Counted from the first letter of the whole stretch, positions 10,328 to 24,280 are shown. The stretch is 62,987 nucleotides of DNA, filler included, from Folioceros fuciformis (GCA_049999805.1; 4 parts of 4 records of this genome joined end to end with filler, not necessarily neighbours in it); one strand, 5' to 3'. Notes: generated from the letters alone by a model not told the origin. Made by a program: numbers and translations.

Positions 10328-13300
10328 CTGACCCTCGGCCCAGGGACCAGGGGCTGATAGGGACCATCTCCACTCTGCCTTCAGGGGAAGAGCTAGCGCA
10401 GTGACTTCCTTAAGGTGGATGTCGACAAAAAGTCGCTCTCCTGATACACACCACTAAAATAATCCACTTCCTTCCCCACCACTAAAATAATCCACTTCCT
10501 TCCCCTCTTTGTTTATTAAAACTCCTCCGGCTGCCAACCTCTTAAATATCTTCTCCTTTAGCGTGCGTGACGGCTTTGCGGAAATAGTCACTGGAGCCGC
10601 CTCTCCTTCGGGACAAACCAAGGCCAGACATTGGTACTGGTCTCTCATTTTCCTAGCCACGGCTACATGTATCAACCTCGTGCCTGCTAAGTTGGCAGGG
10701 GCGCCTGGGAGTTCATCCTCAGGTGGGAGCGCGGTTGTTGAGCGAGCAGAGTCAAATCTCCTCTCCCTAGACACCACCGGCAAGGCAAGCTTGCTGTCCT
10801 CTGAGTTGTAGGCTATGCTGGCTCCTTCCTCATCCGAGAAACCTGCTGGCACTTCATGCCAGATTGGTTCAGGCTCTTCTTCTGCACAAGGGGTGGAAAA
10901 GGACTCCTCTTGCAAGGAAGGGGAAACAGTGTCTTCCAGGAGGGCTTAGACAGTTATAAAATGGGCTCTCAGCGACTGGTCCTCATCACCACCCTCCTTG
11001 GTGCCCTCTTTGAGTATGACCCCTTGATCCACTGCCCTAGACCGGAACACTTCCCCGACTTCCCTTGGACCTTGTCGCTCGCCAGAGATCTTTGCCACCT
11101 TCATGTCTGTATGTGTCAATCCTTTACCCAATCTGCTCTTCTTAACTTCAGGCGAGGCTGCAGCCTGGGTCCATCTCTGGACAGCTTTGTGAAGAGCCTT
11201 CCGCGCCACGGCCACAGCAATTTGGTCTTGTCGTAAGGATAATCCTGGGGAGTCATCCGATTTACACTCTCTTTTCCCTTTGCCCATAGCACTAGATGCA
11301 CTGACATTGGGTGCTGGTAGGCCGTCAAACCCAGACATCCTCCTATGTAGAGAACTCGCCTGAGCTTGCGGCTGTCCACCCACCTCGCTGAGATGGACGC
11401 TTTGCTGCCTCCCAGCCTTGATTCCCTGGCCTGGTGGGGCTTCCACACGTTTATCCCTGGTCTGGGAAGCAAGTGTAGATCCACTTGCGAACCAAAAGCT
11501 TGTCCTCCACACAGGCCAAATTCACAAGTTGTCCGGCTCTATTAAATCGGTGACTGAGGAGTCCAGCAGTCTGGGACTGCCATGTAGGGACCAGTTCTCT
11601 CGCCTCCACCCCTCGGCTTCTTCCCTTCTTACCGGAAAGAACAAACTCCGCCTCCTCCTCATAGCTCTCCTGCCCTCCCCCACTCCCCTCTTCCTGGCCA
11701 GCTTCCGCACTCCCTTGGTCCTGAGCACTTGGGAACGTTCCATGTGGTGATGTCTTCCACTTGTAACCCGTTCCCTCATGACCCTCCTCCAACCTGGAAT
11801 GCTGCAACTGAGTAGTAGACGCCAAAACAAGTCCATTGACGATCTGTCCTTCCCCCTGCCCAATGGAGTCCTTCATATTTCGAGCAGCTCCAATGTCCTC
11901 ACCCTTCAGGCTGCTTGGGTCTAGATATACCGGCAACTCTCCAGCTTGTCCTTCCCTCTACTGCACTCCACCACTAGACTGGTTACCTGACCACAGCCCA
12001 AGTGACATACCAGCATCTATTGGGTTAGCCTCCTTGTCACCTCTCGAGCTGACCCCGGGCAACCTCTCCACCTTCACAGGCCCAGGATCCAAACCGGAGC
12101 AAGCGGTTTGCCCTATCTCCATGCATATTGTCTCTTGGCCCTCCACCACTCTTTGAGCATACAGTTGGCTCGCGACTCATGGCTCTACAGTACACTTACC
12201 AGCAAGCACACAAGACAGCATCTGCATATACCCATTGGCCACCGGGGGCAACAAGTTACCATCGCCACCCCGAAGAGCTTCTCCTGGCTCTACAAGTCGC
12301 TTACCATCAGGTTCATAGGACATATTCTGGATTATTGCGGTACCTTTCAGGGGCGACAAGGTGCTACCACAACCCAAGGGAACTTCACACCCTGAGGGCT
12401 TACAGGACCCATCCGGCTTCGGGCACAAAGCATGACATCGACTGTCACTAGCTACATCATCGTTCGTGAGCACTCCAAACTGCTCTTCTCGACTACTGCA
12501 TCCCCCTGTCTCTATAACCCCACGTAACCAACCTTCCCTGTGGATTCCACTCTGGGGTGGAATGTGACCATTACCCTCAAGGGTTCCACCCAGTGGTTTG
12601 TCCACATCTTCCCCGGGGCGGGCGGGCTACGGTATTGCTAACATCACAGGACTCATCCGATTGAGGCTCCTGCTCCCACGACTCCGCCCGAGTAGCATCC
12701 CTTTCGAGAATTTCCTGCTTATCCTGATGCTGGAGCAGCCTCCTTGCCTTGGGTCCCTCGTTTATGAGGGCAGCCACGGAGACCGCTCCATCTTCGACCT
12801 TCGAGCTCCTCTTGAGAAGGCGTGGGCGCACGCCTAGTCTTCCTGGAGCACCAGCTGCCAAGCTCCCTCCCTCTGCCGACACTTTTGCAACAGCACCATC
12901 CAGGCTCGACTCTCTTCCAAGTTGACCTTGGTCAGCCACTAAATCACTGGCATCCACTCTGAGCCTAGCCAAGGGTCCCTACACAGACACCAACCTTGCT
13001 TCCTGTGGGCTCCTAGTAGTTTGCACATGGTTTGTAGAGCCCGACTCCTGCCTGGACACTCTGTCCTCACGGGCAAGCTGGATGCTTCCTTCTTCCTTGC
13101 CCGAGCCTCCCTCCAAAGTCGTAAACGTGCCTTCCGTCTCCGCACAGAGAGAGTGAAGCCACCCCATGGATGACAGTGTGGATTTACCCGAGAAATCGTG
13201 ACTCCGACAACCTCTCTTGAAGCACTCAGCGCCTGGAGTCGCCTCACCTCCCCCTTCCATCGTGAATTCTCTTGGAAGATTTTCTGGCGGCAACTCGTGA

Positions 13301-16200
13301 GTGTCCGTGAATCTCTTGCCTGTCATGCTAACCGACTAGCCTGGAGTAGCCACCAAATTCGGCACCGTGTCGCGCTAGCACTCCCTGAGCATCCGGCTAG
13401 ATACCACCCTGAGGATCCTCATCATACTTGCCAACAAGAACGTCGTCCAAGGTTCGCCTAGCATCACCGAGGTCCCGAGGCAGCGCTGAACTCTCTCCGT
13501 CCAGGGGCAAGCCATCCCTAGCCCGCGTGCCGGAACTCCTCTGTTCCGAACTCGATGCTTGGTGTCGACGCGGGGGAGGAGCGACCCCAACTTCAGCCCT
13601 ACCCCGCTGGGCTCCACTCCTTCCATAGGCCCCTGGATCCGGAGACCCACCTCCGCTTCCTTCCTTGTAAGGTCCCCCCCCTGGAGGGTTGTGAGGAGCT
13701 CCTCCCGGAACACCAACAATCGACACTTCTACAGCTTTTCCGGGTAAGCGGCGGACTGACTCCCGCGTCGACAGGCATTCCTGCCGTTTGGGGTCAAGCC
13801 CCAGCTATTCCCCCCGCTGAGGAGAGCTCTTAGGCCCTTCCAGCTCGTCTTCCTGAGGCGAGAACAACCTCTCCTAACCAGCCTCCTCACCGCCTCTTGT
13901 CTTGGCTGTTGTCCTATCCAGCCGAGATAATTCCCTGGACTTCCCTGAAGAGCGAAGTCCACGTTCTCTAGCTACCTCCTCACACCAGGAAGTGACCCCT
14001 CGGTGCCTGGCTTGTACCTAGCAGCTGGTGCTCTATCCTGCAAATTGCACAGTGGTGACTCGCCAATCTTCTTACCCTTACCCACTCCTGCACCTTTATG
14101 GGCCTTCTGTCTCAACTTCTGAGTAGGACACACAGAAGGTTCTGATTGTTTAGCTTTTGCATCCGAGCCCGCATCTAAACTTTGAGCTTGTGCGAGACAT
14201 GCCCTCAATTGTTGAGAATTGATAGGTGAAGCCTCCTATTGTGAGGGAAAGGCGGTACTGGGCGCCCCTGTAGAATCATGGGCTGGGTCGCGAAGCTCCT
14301 GCACTCCTGCCAGCCCATCGCTAAAGTCACCCGATAGACTTTGTTGAGAAACAGCTCCGCCTTGCCCCGTTTTTGCACCTGCCGACAGCCTCCTTTTGGT
14401 TCTCAGGTCTTGATTCGTCCTCACATCCCTCATTAGCTGCTCCTGCGAATCCGGAACCCCTTGCTTACCAGAACCCTGTGAGGCCACCTCTGCTTGAGTC
14501 TCAACCTCCATAGGCACCACCTCATCTTCCTCCATGTCTTCCTTCCACCTGAGCTCCCACTCCCCTGGTAACTTAATGGTGATTGGCGAGGACAACAGAC
14601 CAAGGAAACCAAGGTGGGCTTTAATCCCGGCTCTGGTAGCTAGTGTCACCTTGCCTCTGCCGAACTTTGCGTCTCTTACAAAAGCCAGCATCTTTATTCC
14701 CCTACCCACTGTGACTTAGAGTCGTTCAGTATTCGGCATTCCCTCCCAAGATCAAGCAAGGTGTTGAAATACAGGATCGCTGAGGATCCTTCAATCCTGT
14801 GGTAGACTAGGCTAAACCTCGCTTCCTGATAGACCTTGCTTGTGCAATCCACCCCTTCACCCAAACGTTCTTGAATCACGTTCTTGGCCCTTTTCCAGAC
14901 CGTCTCCCATAATAGTGCCATTCGATCCCCTTCTGTGGCTCCTAGCTGCATGGAGCGTGTAGGCAACGCATGCAACTCCTCCCCTTTCGGCATCCAGTAA
15001 TAAAAGGTGCTCTCCACCTTCTTTCGCACAAGCACACAAAGCTTAACCTGAGTCATGGTAGTGCCGACGAGACTCGGAAAAACAGTCTTGAATTCGGCGA
15101 GCCCATCGTTGTGTTGCCACACTCGCTCTCCAAGGTTTCCTCTGAGCACCTATAAATCCCGGTAGGGGTACAACCGGGATCTTCTCCGGCCTGACAGTTC
15201 TTCCTTCTGGATCTGATCTGAGCGGACACTCAAGTTTAAGGTGGTCAGTAAGGCCGCAATTTCCACACCGGATAGGAAGACCTGGGTAATCAACGAGCTG
15301 CATATAGGTCTTAGAAGCGTCTCCCGGATCTNNNNNNNNNNTAGGTCTTAGAAGCGTCTCCCGGATCTCTCACCACCACCCCAGCAGGCAAGGCATTGAG
15401 ATTGTCAACCCTTACGCCGAACCGGGGAGGCTTACTTCTATAAAAAAGCGGGAGGCTACCTGAGGCCTCTCCACCACCTTGCCGATTGTTTCCAGCATTC
15501 TGTCAACCAATGGGATGAGCTGAACCGGTAGGGCGGGCAGCCGCACCCAGATGAAGTGTCTCTTGATTTGGGACTGCATGATTGTACTCCCTGGCGACCA
15601 CGCCTCAACCAACACTGAAGTTGAGCCTCTAAAGGGCAATGTTGTCTGCAATAAAGCAAGAGCACCAGCCGTGTTGTCGCATTTGACTTGAAAGGAGCCA
15701 TCTTCCTTCAGGAAAACGTAAGCGGGGGGACACCCCGAGACCTAGGTTACCCACTCCTCCAACTCGCTTACCAAGGGCAGCCCTCCAGCAGAAATCCTCC
15801 CCACCACCAAACTACCTGCCAACCTAAATTCCTCCTGTTGGAAGTACCGTTCCTCGGTCAAGAGGTCGGCCAAAGGGCCAAGTTGGATGCCGTTCCCACC
15901 ATTCCCCGAGGCTGAAGCCGGATCTATACTTGCGCCTCATCTGTCCACTCCCTATCGATACCCTTCCCTAGATTCCTTACCTGAGCCATCGTCTCAGGTA
16001 CTGCTTTCTTCCTCCTAAGCTCGTCTGGGTTAGTTGCTTGCACTCCCAAGTTATTCTTCCATCTATTCTGCACGTCAGAACACATGCCGGCCACTTCAGC
16101 CCATGTGTGGACTGTCGAGCCCCCCACGGGGGGGCTCACTGCTTCCATAGAACCGTCACAATTCTAACAGCCTCTCCATGCCGCTCGCCATCGCGTCGAT
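10328..16200 (-). mobile_element. Degenerate L1-like LINE lying within or replacing part of the Copia 3' LTR
   Basis: ORF1 with LVEAWSP..IWVRLPALPVQL..IGKVV and zinc knuckle CGNCGLTDHLKLEC; fragmented EN/RT remnants (APGRLG, QSG, YLD..GQIVNGLVLA). Confidence 0.7.
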
Positions 16201-16289
16201 TTATCCAAGAACCTAACATTGTACAGATACTTGTTTTTTTACATGTTACAGATACTTGTTACATGGAGCTGTAACAGATACTTGTTTTT

Positions 16290-19200
16290 TACAGCTCCAT
16301 GTAACCACTGCTGAGCCCAGTAGATAGCAATATGTGGAAAGACTCCTTCATGCATCGGAATCTGAGGCCAAGTCAGCATCTGTGTAGCCTCTCAGAATAA
16401 GTTGCTTTTGCCCTGTGCTCATGTACATGAGTCCATATTTATGCGTCCCTATGAGATAACAAAATATCCTTTTGACAGCTACCCAGTGCACCCTAGCAGG
16501 ATTTTCCAGAAATTGCGAAACTATACTAACAGCATGTTGTATGTCAGGTCGAGTCCAGTTCGCAACGAATATCAGAGATCCAACAGCATGTCGGTAAGGT
16601 ATGTTTTGCATGTCCAACTTTTCAGCTTGTGATTGTGGGCATTGGTTCCTAGTCAATTTCGTGCTGGCAACATAAGGAGTGGCAATTGGCTTGGCCTCAT
16701 TGAGGTGAAACTTTTTGAGTATTTCGTTTATGTACTTGTACTTGTGGATAAACTATAGCCCGTCTTCCCTTACACGAAGCAATTGGATTCCCAAACAAGA
16801 TTTCAGCTCCCCTATGTCTTTCATGTCGAATCTGTTGCTGAGTTTGTCCTTCACACTTGCTAATAGCTTTTGGTCGTTTGTGGCAAATATAACGTCATCC
16901 ACATAAAGTGCTAGGATGACAATTGATGCTCCTTGAGTGAGCTTGTACACATTGCTGTCAGCTATATTTTGGACGAAGTCAATACTGAGCACATATAAGT
17001 GCATTGTAATGTACAAAACACGCCCGCTTTGTTTAAGGCCATATATGCACTTCAAAAGCTTTAACACTTTGTTGGGATGCTGCTTGTCTTCGTAGGCTTC
17101 AGGGTGCAACATATACAGCATACAAAAAGGTAGAACAAACGTCTATCCGTTGCAGATCAAGATCAAACTCAGTGGCATAAGCAAGCATAATTATGATGGA
17201 CTGTGTACGAACAACAGGCGAGAAGGTCTCTTGATAATCAAGGCCTTCCACTTGGGTAAACCCACGAGCCATGAGCCTTGCTTTATATCTGGCTACTTCT
17301 CCATGTGCATTGAGCTTGATTTTAAAAACCCACTTACAGCTAATGGCCTTTCTTCCAGGTGGGAGGTCTACAAGTACCCATGTCTTGTTTTTAATGAGAG
17401 ACTGGTACCCGTCCTCCACTGCAGCCTTCTATTGTTCACTCTGTGGACCATTGAAGGCCTGTTGTAGGGTGGTAGGCTCCTCTGGAACTTCAGGACGTGC
17501 AATAGCCAAGGCAGTAGCTTTAGTAAAGGAGGTTTGCCGAAAATCAATGGACTGGTAACGGGGTTCTGCCCACTAGTCAGGGGGTGGCCTGTGACATGCA
17601 GAGCGTATAAGTATAGGCTCTTGTTCATGTGGCTCGTCAGTAGGGGCTATATCATTTGGAGCATGATGTCCATTTACAACCTCCCCCTCTTTGACTAGAA
17701 TGGGAGCAGCATCCCTCTCGTAAATTGGAGGATGATCATTTTCCAAAACATAATGCTGATCATCCTACAGGTTCAGGTTGTTTTCAGGTTCAACATTAGG
17801 CACATCAAGTGCCACTGGTGGAGGGTCTGCCAACACGGCATCATCTCCATGTTCGTCAGCAAGGTCGTCAAATGTTTCAAGATCGGCAGGATCCATATCA
17901 TCGAGTGGGTAAGAGGCTAGGACTCCCTCTGTTTCATCTGTTTCCAATAGATCAGAGTATCCTCCTTCAACAGTTTGTTGATCCTGTGATTGAACTGGAG
18001 ATGGCTGTGTGGTAGGGGCCCTAGGCTCGGGAAGAGGAATGGCACCAGTCCTAGGATTGTAAAGTTTGTAGGCTTTGGTTCTTTCACTATAACCAACAAA
18101 AAGTAACCCTTGTGCTCGGGAATCCAATTTCTTTCGTTTCTCAACATGTATGTACCAAAAGCTTGTGCTCCAAAACCTCGCATATGTAAGAGGCTTGGCT
18201 TCTTATGCCAAAACACCTCGTATGGGGTTTTTTGTGGGACAGAACTTAATAGTACCCTATTCAAAATATATGTTGCTGTCACCATAACTTCTGCCCAGTA
18301 TCCTAGAGGCAATCTTGCCCAAATGAGCATACTGCGTGTCATTCCAAGCAGGGTTTGATTTTTCCTTTCTGATACTCTGTTTTGTTGTGGTGTGTAGGAT
18401 ACAGTGAGCTGCCTTAGCACTCCATGGTCCTAAAGGAAATAATCAAATGCGGCATTAACGAACTTTGTCCCATTATCATACCTAAGTATTTTTAGCAGTT
18501 TTCCAGATTGCCTTTGAGGAATGTGAAACCTGTCCTTGAAGGAGTCAAAAGTGTCACTCTTCAGACGCAAGGGAAAAGTCTAGGTATATCTACTATAATC
18601 ATCCGTTAGGATGAAAAAGTATTGAGAACCCCCTAGGGAAGGTACATGGATTTTTCCAGAGATATCCACGTGCACTAACTCAAGGACCTGAGTGGCTCTG
18701 TGTGCAGCTGCTTTAGGGAAGGGAGATTCCTTCTGCTTTGCCAAAATGCAGGACTCGCACACATGTAAGTTTTTGAAACACTTTGGTAACGGTTCCCTAT
18801 GACATTCAGTGATGGACATGTCAATCAATTTTCCTCTGTTCACATGCCCTAATCTTGCATGCCATAGCACCGCCTCCAGGAGCTCAGTAGTGAGTGAAGG
18901 AGTGGCGGTGGAATGACCTACATGCTGACTAGCTGCTGTATGTGTATAGACAATATCTAAGCGATATAACGAATTATCGGGGATGCCTCTAAAGACACAT
19001 CTATGAGAAAGTGACTTCTTGTAGAATGAGCAAAGCTGAGAATCAGCCACCATTGTGAAGGTACCTAGATGCATAAGCTGGCTCATAGACATGAGATTCT
19101 TTGTCATACTAGGTACGAAGAGAACATCTTCTACTATTAGGTTTGAGTGATCATGTAATCTGAATGCACACTGACCTTTTCCTTCTATATGCAGGCTAGT

Positions 19201-20346
19201 CTTAGATTGCTCATCACCTAAAAAGACCTTGTCATGGACATGAGCAAGGTTGAGGGAAGAAAACAACTCCCTCCTTTTGTAGATGTGCGTGGTAGCCCCG
19301 GAGTCGAGGTACCAGCTCTCTTCATCATATGTCGAACTTGATAAGCATATGGTGAGAATTTTAACTGGTGCCTTTTCAATAGGTTTGTCCTTAACTGCAG
19401 CACTTGCAGCAGGCTTTGCCTGTTTCTAGGGCTCACCAGCTTTACATTTGCAGCACTCACGTGCCCAGTGGCCAGGGATGCCGCACCAGTTACATGTGCC
19501 TGGTTGTTTTGAACTTGAAGATTTAGTCCTATCCTTGGGTTGTCCTGGGGAATTGCCCCCTCTGAATTTGCCCTTTCCTTAAGCGCAAAAATTCACAGCT
19601 AATACCCGTTCCCCTTTGTATTGTTTGTGCAGGCTAGCCGATGTCAATCGGGTCTGCTCTTCTTGGTAAAGGGCTCCTATTACATCTTCCATTGTAATAG
19701 CAGCTGCCTGAGTTCCTCCTGATGCAGCTGCTGCAACAGGGCCATTCTAATAGCTAGTGACAAAAGATTGATAAGATGGTGGCAGACTGGTGAGTAACTG
19801 GGAGACAGCTTCAGACTCCGTCATCTGTATTTTTGTGATAGACTGAATCTGAGCTTGAAGATGACGAAATTTGCTGGTACGTGCAGCTATTTTGTCACCT
19901 TCCTTCTTGCGTAGTGTATGGAGCTCCATACGGACTGTTGACAATGTGGCCATCGTGGTTGTGTGGTAGGTTTTCTCCAGTTGAAACCAGATGTCCTCCG
20001 CCAATGTGAGGAATTCCACATTGGGGATAAGGGCAGCATCTAGCCCATTGACGATGATGGCCATTGCGACACCATTATTGTGCTCCCATTTAGCATACTC
20101 CTTAGGTTTGGCTTGTGAGTCAGGTTTCTTAAAGGAACCATCAACACTGCACCATACACCACGCACTATGAGGATTGTTCTCATTCGTACTCGCAAGATG
20201 GAATAACTGGTACCTCTAAACCTATCCTTGTCTTTGACATTAGAGCTGTAAGAAACATGGGTTGCCATGTTTGTGTTAAGTGCAGGCTGCAAACTAAGGT
20301 TGTTGAAACTATTTATCAACGCATTTAGTTGTGAGGTTGTGGTCAT
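16290..20346 (-). pseudogene. Copia gag-pol polyprotein with stops and frameshifts
   Basis: Gag UBN2-like, CNWCGIPGHWAREC knuckle, WYLDSGAT protease, LWHARLGH and LELVHVDI integrase, YKARLMARGFTQ and LALYVDD RT, GYTDAD RNaseH. Confidence 0.92.
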
Positions 20347-20799
20347 AAGGTACCTATGGGCATTAAGAACTATGGTTTCTGATGAACAGATAAGTACACT
20401 TATACCTAAACTAAAAAAAAATGACTAGTGTAGTCTCAAAAACTTGATGAAACTGACCACTATATGCAGGAAGGGCGTGCTATAGAGATCAGCAAGGGAA
20501 AACCAACAACAAAACAAGGTGCAGGGCCCTGTTCATGCTGACCTCTTGAGCATGCCACTCAAGTCTACCGTGAACGGGCACAAAAACCTTAAAAATTAAA
20601 AACGTTTCATGTTCAAAAGACTTGCTCAAAGACAAACCCTAACTGTTGTGTCTTGTCCATGTGAAACGACAAATTAGGTACACCAATCACAAAGCTACAT
20701 GAAAGTTTCAGGAAGAGCTGCAAGGAAGAAAGCACCGCTTCAAATTTGGACAAGTATGGCTCCTGCTACTCTCGCTCCGCTCCTTTGCAGCGGAAGAAT

Positions 20800-21420
20800 T
20801 CATGGCGCTGTGGAATTTGATCCAGAATGGGAGCATCCAGCCTCCAAATCTTGCAGCTTTGCATCCATTAATCTGAGAAAACCAGCAACTTCGTTGATGT
20901 CTCTCTGGATGTGTTGCTTGCATTCGGTGATGGATTGCTTGGTGTTAGAATCCAAACTGTCCACTCTATCTTTGAGGAACTTTTGATTGGAGATGGCAAG
21001 GGAGAGTGCTTTCGCCACCTTGAATAAAAGCGCTTGTGTCTCGTCAACAACAATTTCTTGTGATTTGATGGTGTTTCTAATATATCTTTGCTCCCGCTGT
21101 GATGCAGAGTGTTGAGCAGATGGTAATCTCTTGGCTCTATGGTTGCGCTCACAATTAAAACGTGATCTGAACAGGGGGTAAGATAATCCAGAAGCCTCCA
21201 ATCGAGGAGCGTAGAACATATAAGGGTTTTCCCCCCTCCTCTCATAGTGCTTGCTATAGGGACAATTTGTTAGCCAAATAGTAGGGTAGTTGTATTCGTA
21301 GAGGTCCAGCACCGAATTACTTGGCAGGGGTGTTGAATGTTTTGGTGGACGTCCTCCATGACGAGATTGTCTCGGAGGTCCCCCACGACGAGGACCTCTA
21401 GAGCCACCCCACCTCGGCAT
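20800..21420 (-). CDS. Extra open ORF (206 aa; Arg/Gly-rich N-terminus, coiled-coil C-terminus) between the PBS and gag of Copia 1
   Basis: Uninterrupted ORF MPRWGGSRGPRRGG...LKDRVDSLDSNTKQSITECKQHIQRDINEV, in sense orientation with gag. Confidence 0.55.
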   Translation of the reverse strand: MPRWGGSRGPRRGGPPRQSRHGGRPPKHSTPLPSNSVLDLYEYNYPTIWLTNCPYSKHYERRGENPYMFYAPRLEASGLSYPLFRSRFNCERNHRAKRLPSAQHSASQREQRYIRNTIKSQEIVVDETQALLFKVAKALSLAISNQKFLKDRVDSLDSNTKQSITECKQHIQRDINEVAGFLRLMDAKLQDLEAGCSHSGSNSTAP

Positions 21421-21640
21421 TTTGTTCAAGCCTCATCAATAAAACAAAAACATGGCTCTGATACCATGTGTAAAACGAGCGTAGGCGAGAGCATACAGAA
21501 CTTTGGTAATAATGGAGGAATAATCATCTTAATGACAAAAACGTTTAAATACCATCCATGTGTCTATTGACTAGATAACCCTAGGTCAAGGTAACCTAAA
21601 TATAATCAAATGTGAGTTAGGTTTAATTTCCAAGCTAACA

Positions 21641-22390
21641 TCCTTGCATCATTTACAGAACTAGGGAACCCAGCAAACACATCTATAAAACACATCTTCA
21701 TGTCAACTACGCCCTGGATGCAGACATTGTAATCATTATTACGATCGAAGTAATCAGTTGCCATTTCCCAGGACATGAGCTCCATTTTGATGTGTGTTAC
21801 GTCAATTACGCCACAACAGTAGACTAATCCCTGATGCCTTTCAAATTCTGCCTTGTAGGTAGCTAGAGCTTCTCCTTGTGGCCAAGCAATGTGGTGTCTC
21901 CCTCTTCTGATCATGGCTCTTATGAATTGCTACACAATTTTTGAAGTTGTAGATTCAGCTACACCAAAGAGTTTCCTAATGGACTTGAGAGTATCCCCTG
22001 TGGCAAGTCTTCTGATTGCTATAGCCACTTGGATGTCAACCAATAGTTGCCTGTTTGGAATCCGTCGTAGAGCTAATGGTGTCTTCCTAGTCAGATCCAC
22101 AGTCACCAAGCTACACACATACTCAAATGTGGCAGTTGTCATACTTAAAAACTCTTTGAAACACTCAGGATCAGCTGTCTATGTTGCTTTCTTAAAAAGG
22201 GACCACCAAGCCAAACTCCTGTCCTTGATATATTGGTCACTAAGAGTACGTTGCTTGTGTGAAAAAACTGAAATGCGAGTGGAAGCAAGAAGGAACATCA
22301 TGGAAGAAATTGTGGTATGTGCACCTTCTTTAGTATTTAGTTGCCCTGCTTGCCTACATGAAGGAAGCCTTTTAGGTTGACAGTGAAGAT
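21641..22390 (-). pseudogene. N-terminal half of Harbinger transposase 1
   Basis: MTTATFEYVCSLV..QVAIAIRRLATGD..FGVAEST..CCGVIDVTHI..QGVVD..FPSSVNDAR; joins ILSNS at 10288 once the Copia is removed. Confidence 0.88.
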
Positions 22391-24280
22391 AATTCATTGC
22401 AGTAGGTGATGCAATTGCGAAAGCAAGACCTGAACACACAACGAGATTTTTATTCGGTGTCTTGAGTGGCCGTGCGCTAAGCTGCATCACGGGCTTCCAT
22501 CGGCAGGCGCTCAAAGTGAAGAATAACCAATCGCACTCAAGTGACTTGCATGAGTGCAAAGCTTGGTACGAAAGTTGAACTCGCATTAGTGCTGAGAAGC
22601 TGGTCGCTTGCAAGTGATGAGTAGCCGGTGAGTTCCTTTATTATTTACAGAAGGAATGCACATACCAAAGCCATCGAAAGTGGCAATATCGTTCTGGTCC
22701 AACTACAAGTTGAAAAAGCCGTTGTAAATATCGGCCCTTATGGAAACCATCCCTTATCCCAAAATCTATGTGTAGCTAGCTACCTTCGGTTCTTTCTGTA
22801 CTGCACCAATACTTACATAGGGCTTCAAGAGACAAGTAACGACAAAATGGTTTGCCATTTATGAAGCCCCTCATCCACTAGTCCCATTGAGAGGAAGCAA
22901 CTCTTCACCAAACACATGATGTGCATACCCACCGATCAAGGCCGTCCACAAGGCATGAGCCAATTTCCTTTGCATTTTGTGCATGGAGCAATTATTTTTA
23001 TAGTAATATAAGTAAAATTTTCATGAGCCTTTTCTCTTCACCACAATTATAATCACCTCGTTGTCCCTAAATATGGCATACCAACCAGATAGAGGGAAGG
23101 TTGCACTATTTTATGGTTTTCACCTTTGGTATCTAAGGGAATATACCCCAAGATGCTTTCGCTATTGTTTGGTTTTGGGCTTTATCCCAAAATGGACTTT
23201 TTCCACATCGGACACTCATATCTCTTTAGTGTTTTTTCTTAAAAACAATTCTCATGTTACATTCATCCATCATTCACCATTCATTCCATGGGTTAGGGTT
23301 TGCCCATTTAGGGTTTTTTCGGAGTTCCTTCAATGCACGCACAAGGCCTCACAGCCGCTAGGCTCTGCCACGCATTGCGGCTATCATTGCCTCAATTGTA
23401 ACTACATTTTGGATTGAGCCTCAGCCATGGCCACATCTCATAGGCATAACAAACAACAGAACCCTAACCGTTACTTCAGAAACCAAGCGAAAGCCTCGTT
23501 CCTTATGAGAAAGCTGTTTAAGAAACCAAAGCTTGGTTTCTTTTCTACCACTGCATACAAATTCCTCACGACCATGTGATGCATTCTTCCAGCACACCAG
23601 ACTAGCCCTCAGTCCTGTAAATCAAGCAAGATACCTACTTCAATGGTCCTCAACCCGTGTGCATCTAGCACACTACATCCAGGAAGGGGCCTCAACTGTC
23701 GAGCTTAAGTTTTGCTAGCTACAACAAAGGGTCGCTACATGAATCACGATAACTACAGGAATACAAAGTGAGTGTAGGCCGCGAGTGGGCTCGTTGAACT
23801 GCATTGGTAGAAGTGTGTGTAGGCTATGAGGGATAGGATAGTAGCATGTTTGAGTTGTGAGTGAGATGCGCTGCGCAGAACATTGTGAGACGTGAGTGAG
23901 ATGCAATGAGCGGAATAATGTGAACGGCCGCTTGTATTGTGAACAATGTAAACCGCTTGTACTGAAAACGGTGTGAAATTACCACATCAATTGAAAACAC
24001 TTGTGGGCAATTGAACTTGGTGGATCTATTTCACGACTAGCTAGCAAACGAGCTCCAGGCCTAATGCCTCGACTTAGCCTCGAATGTGAATGTTGTAGGA
24101 GGGAGGGGAGGGCTAGAGCTTGATTGCTTGAGACCTTTGGTGATTGCGATGGCCTGAGGGCTATTACACATGGCTGTATGAAGGAGAATGAGGGCAACAG
24201 ATCGAGCCCGAGGCCAACGAGGTCGGCGCCATCACGACTTGTGATGGCCTCGGGCCCAGTCTATAGGATGGAGGGAGGGA

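Larger units (their letters stand above)
10289..21640 (-). mobile_element. Ty1/Copia LTR retrotransposon (decayed) inserted in the Harbinger transposase; 5-bp TSD TCCTT
   Basis: TSD at 10284-10288 and 21641-21645. 5' LTR 21467-21640 (TG..CA); PBS TGGTATCAGAGC at 21455-21466; 3' LTR remnant 10289-10327. Domain order gag-PR-INT-RT-RH. Confidence 0.9.

Noticed and set aside
8020-22950. TIRs for Harbinger 1
   Set aside because: A candidate left end (TAA|GCGGGTTTGGGGGAAG) has no convincing inverted partner at 22600-22950, so the ends are not called.
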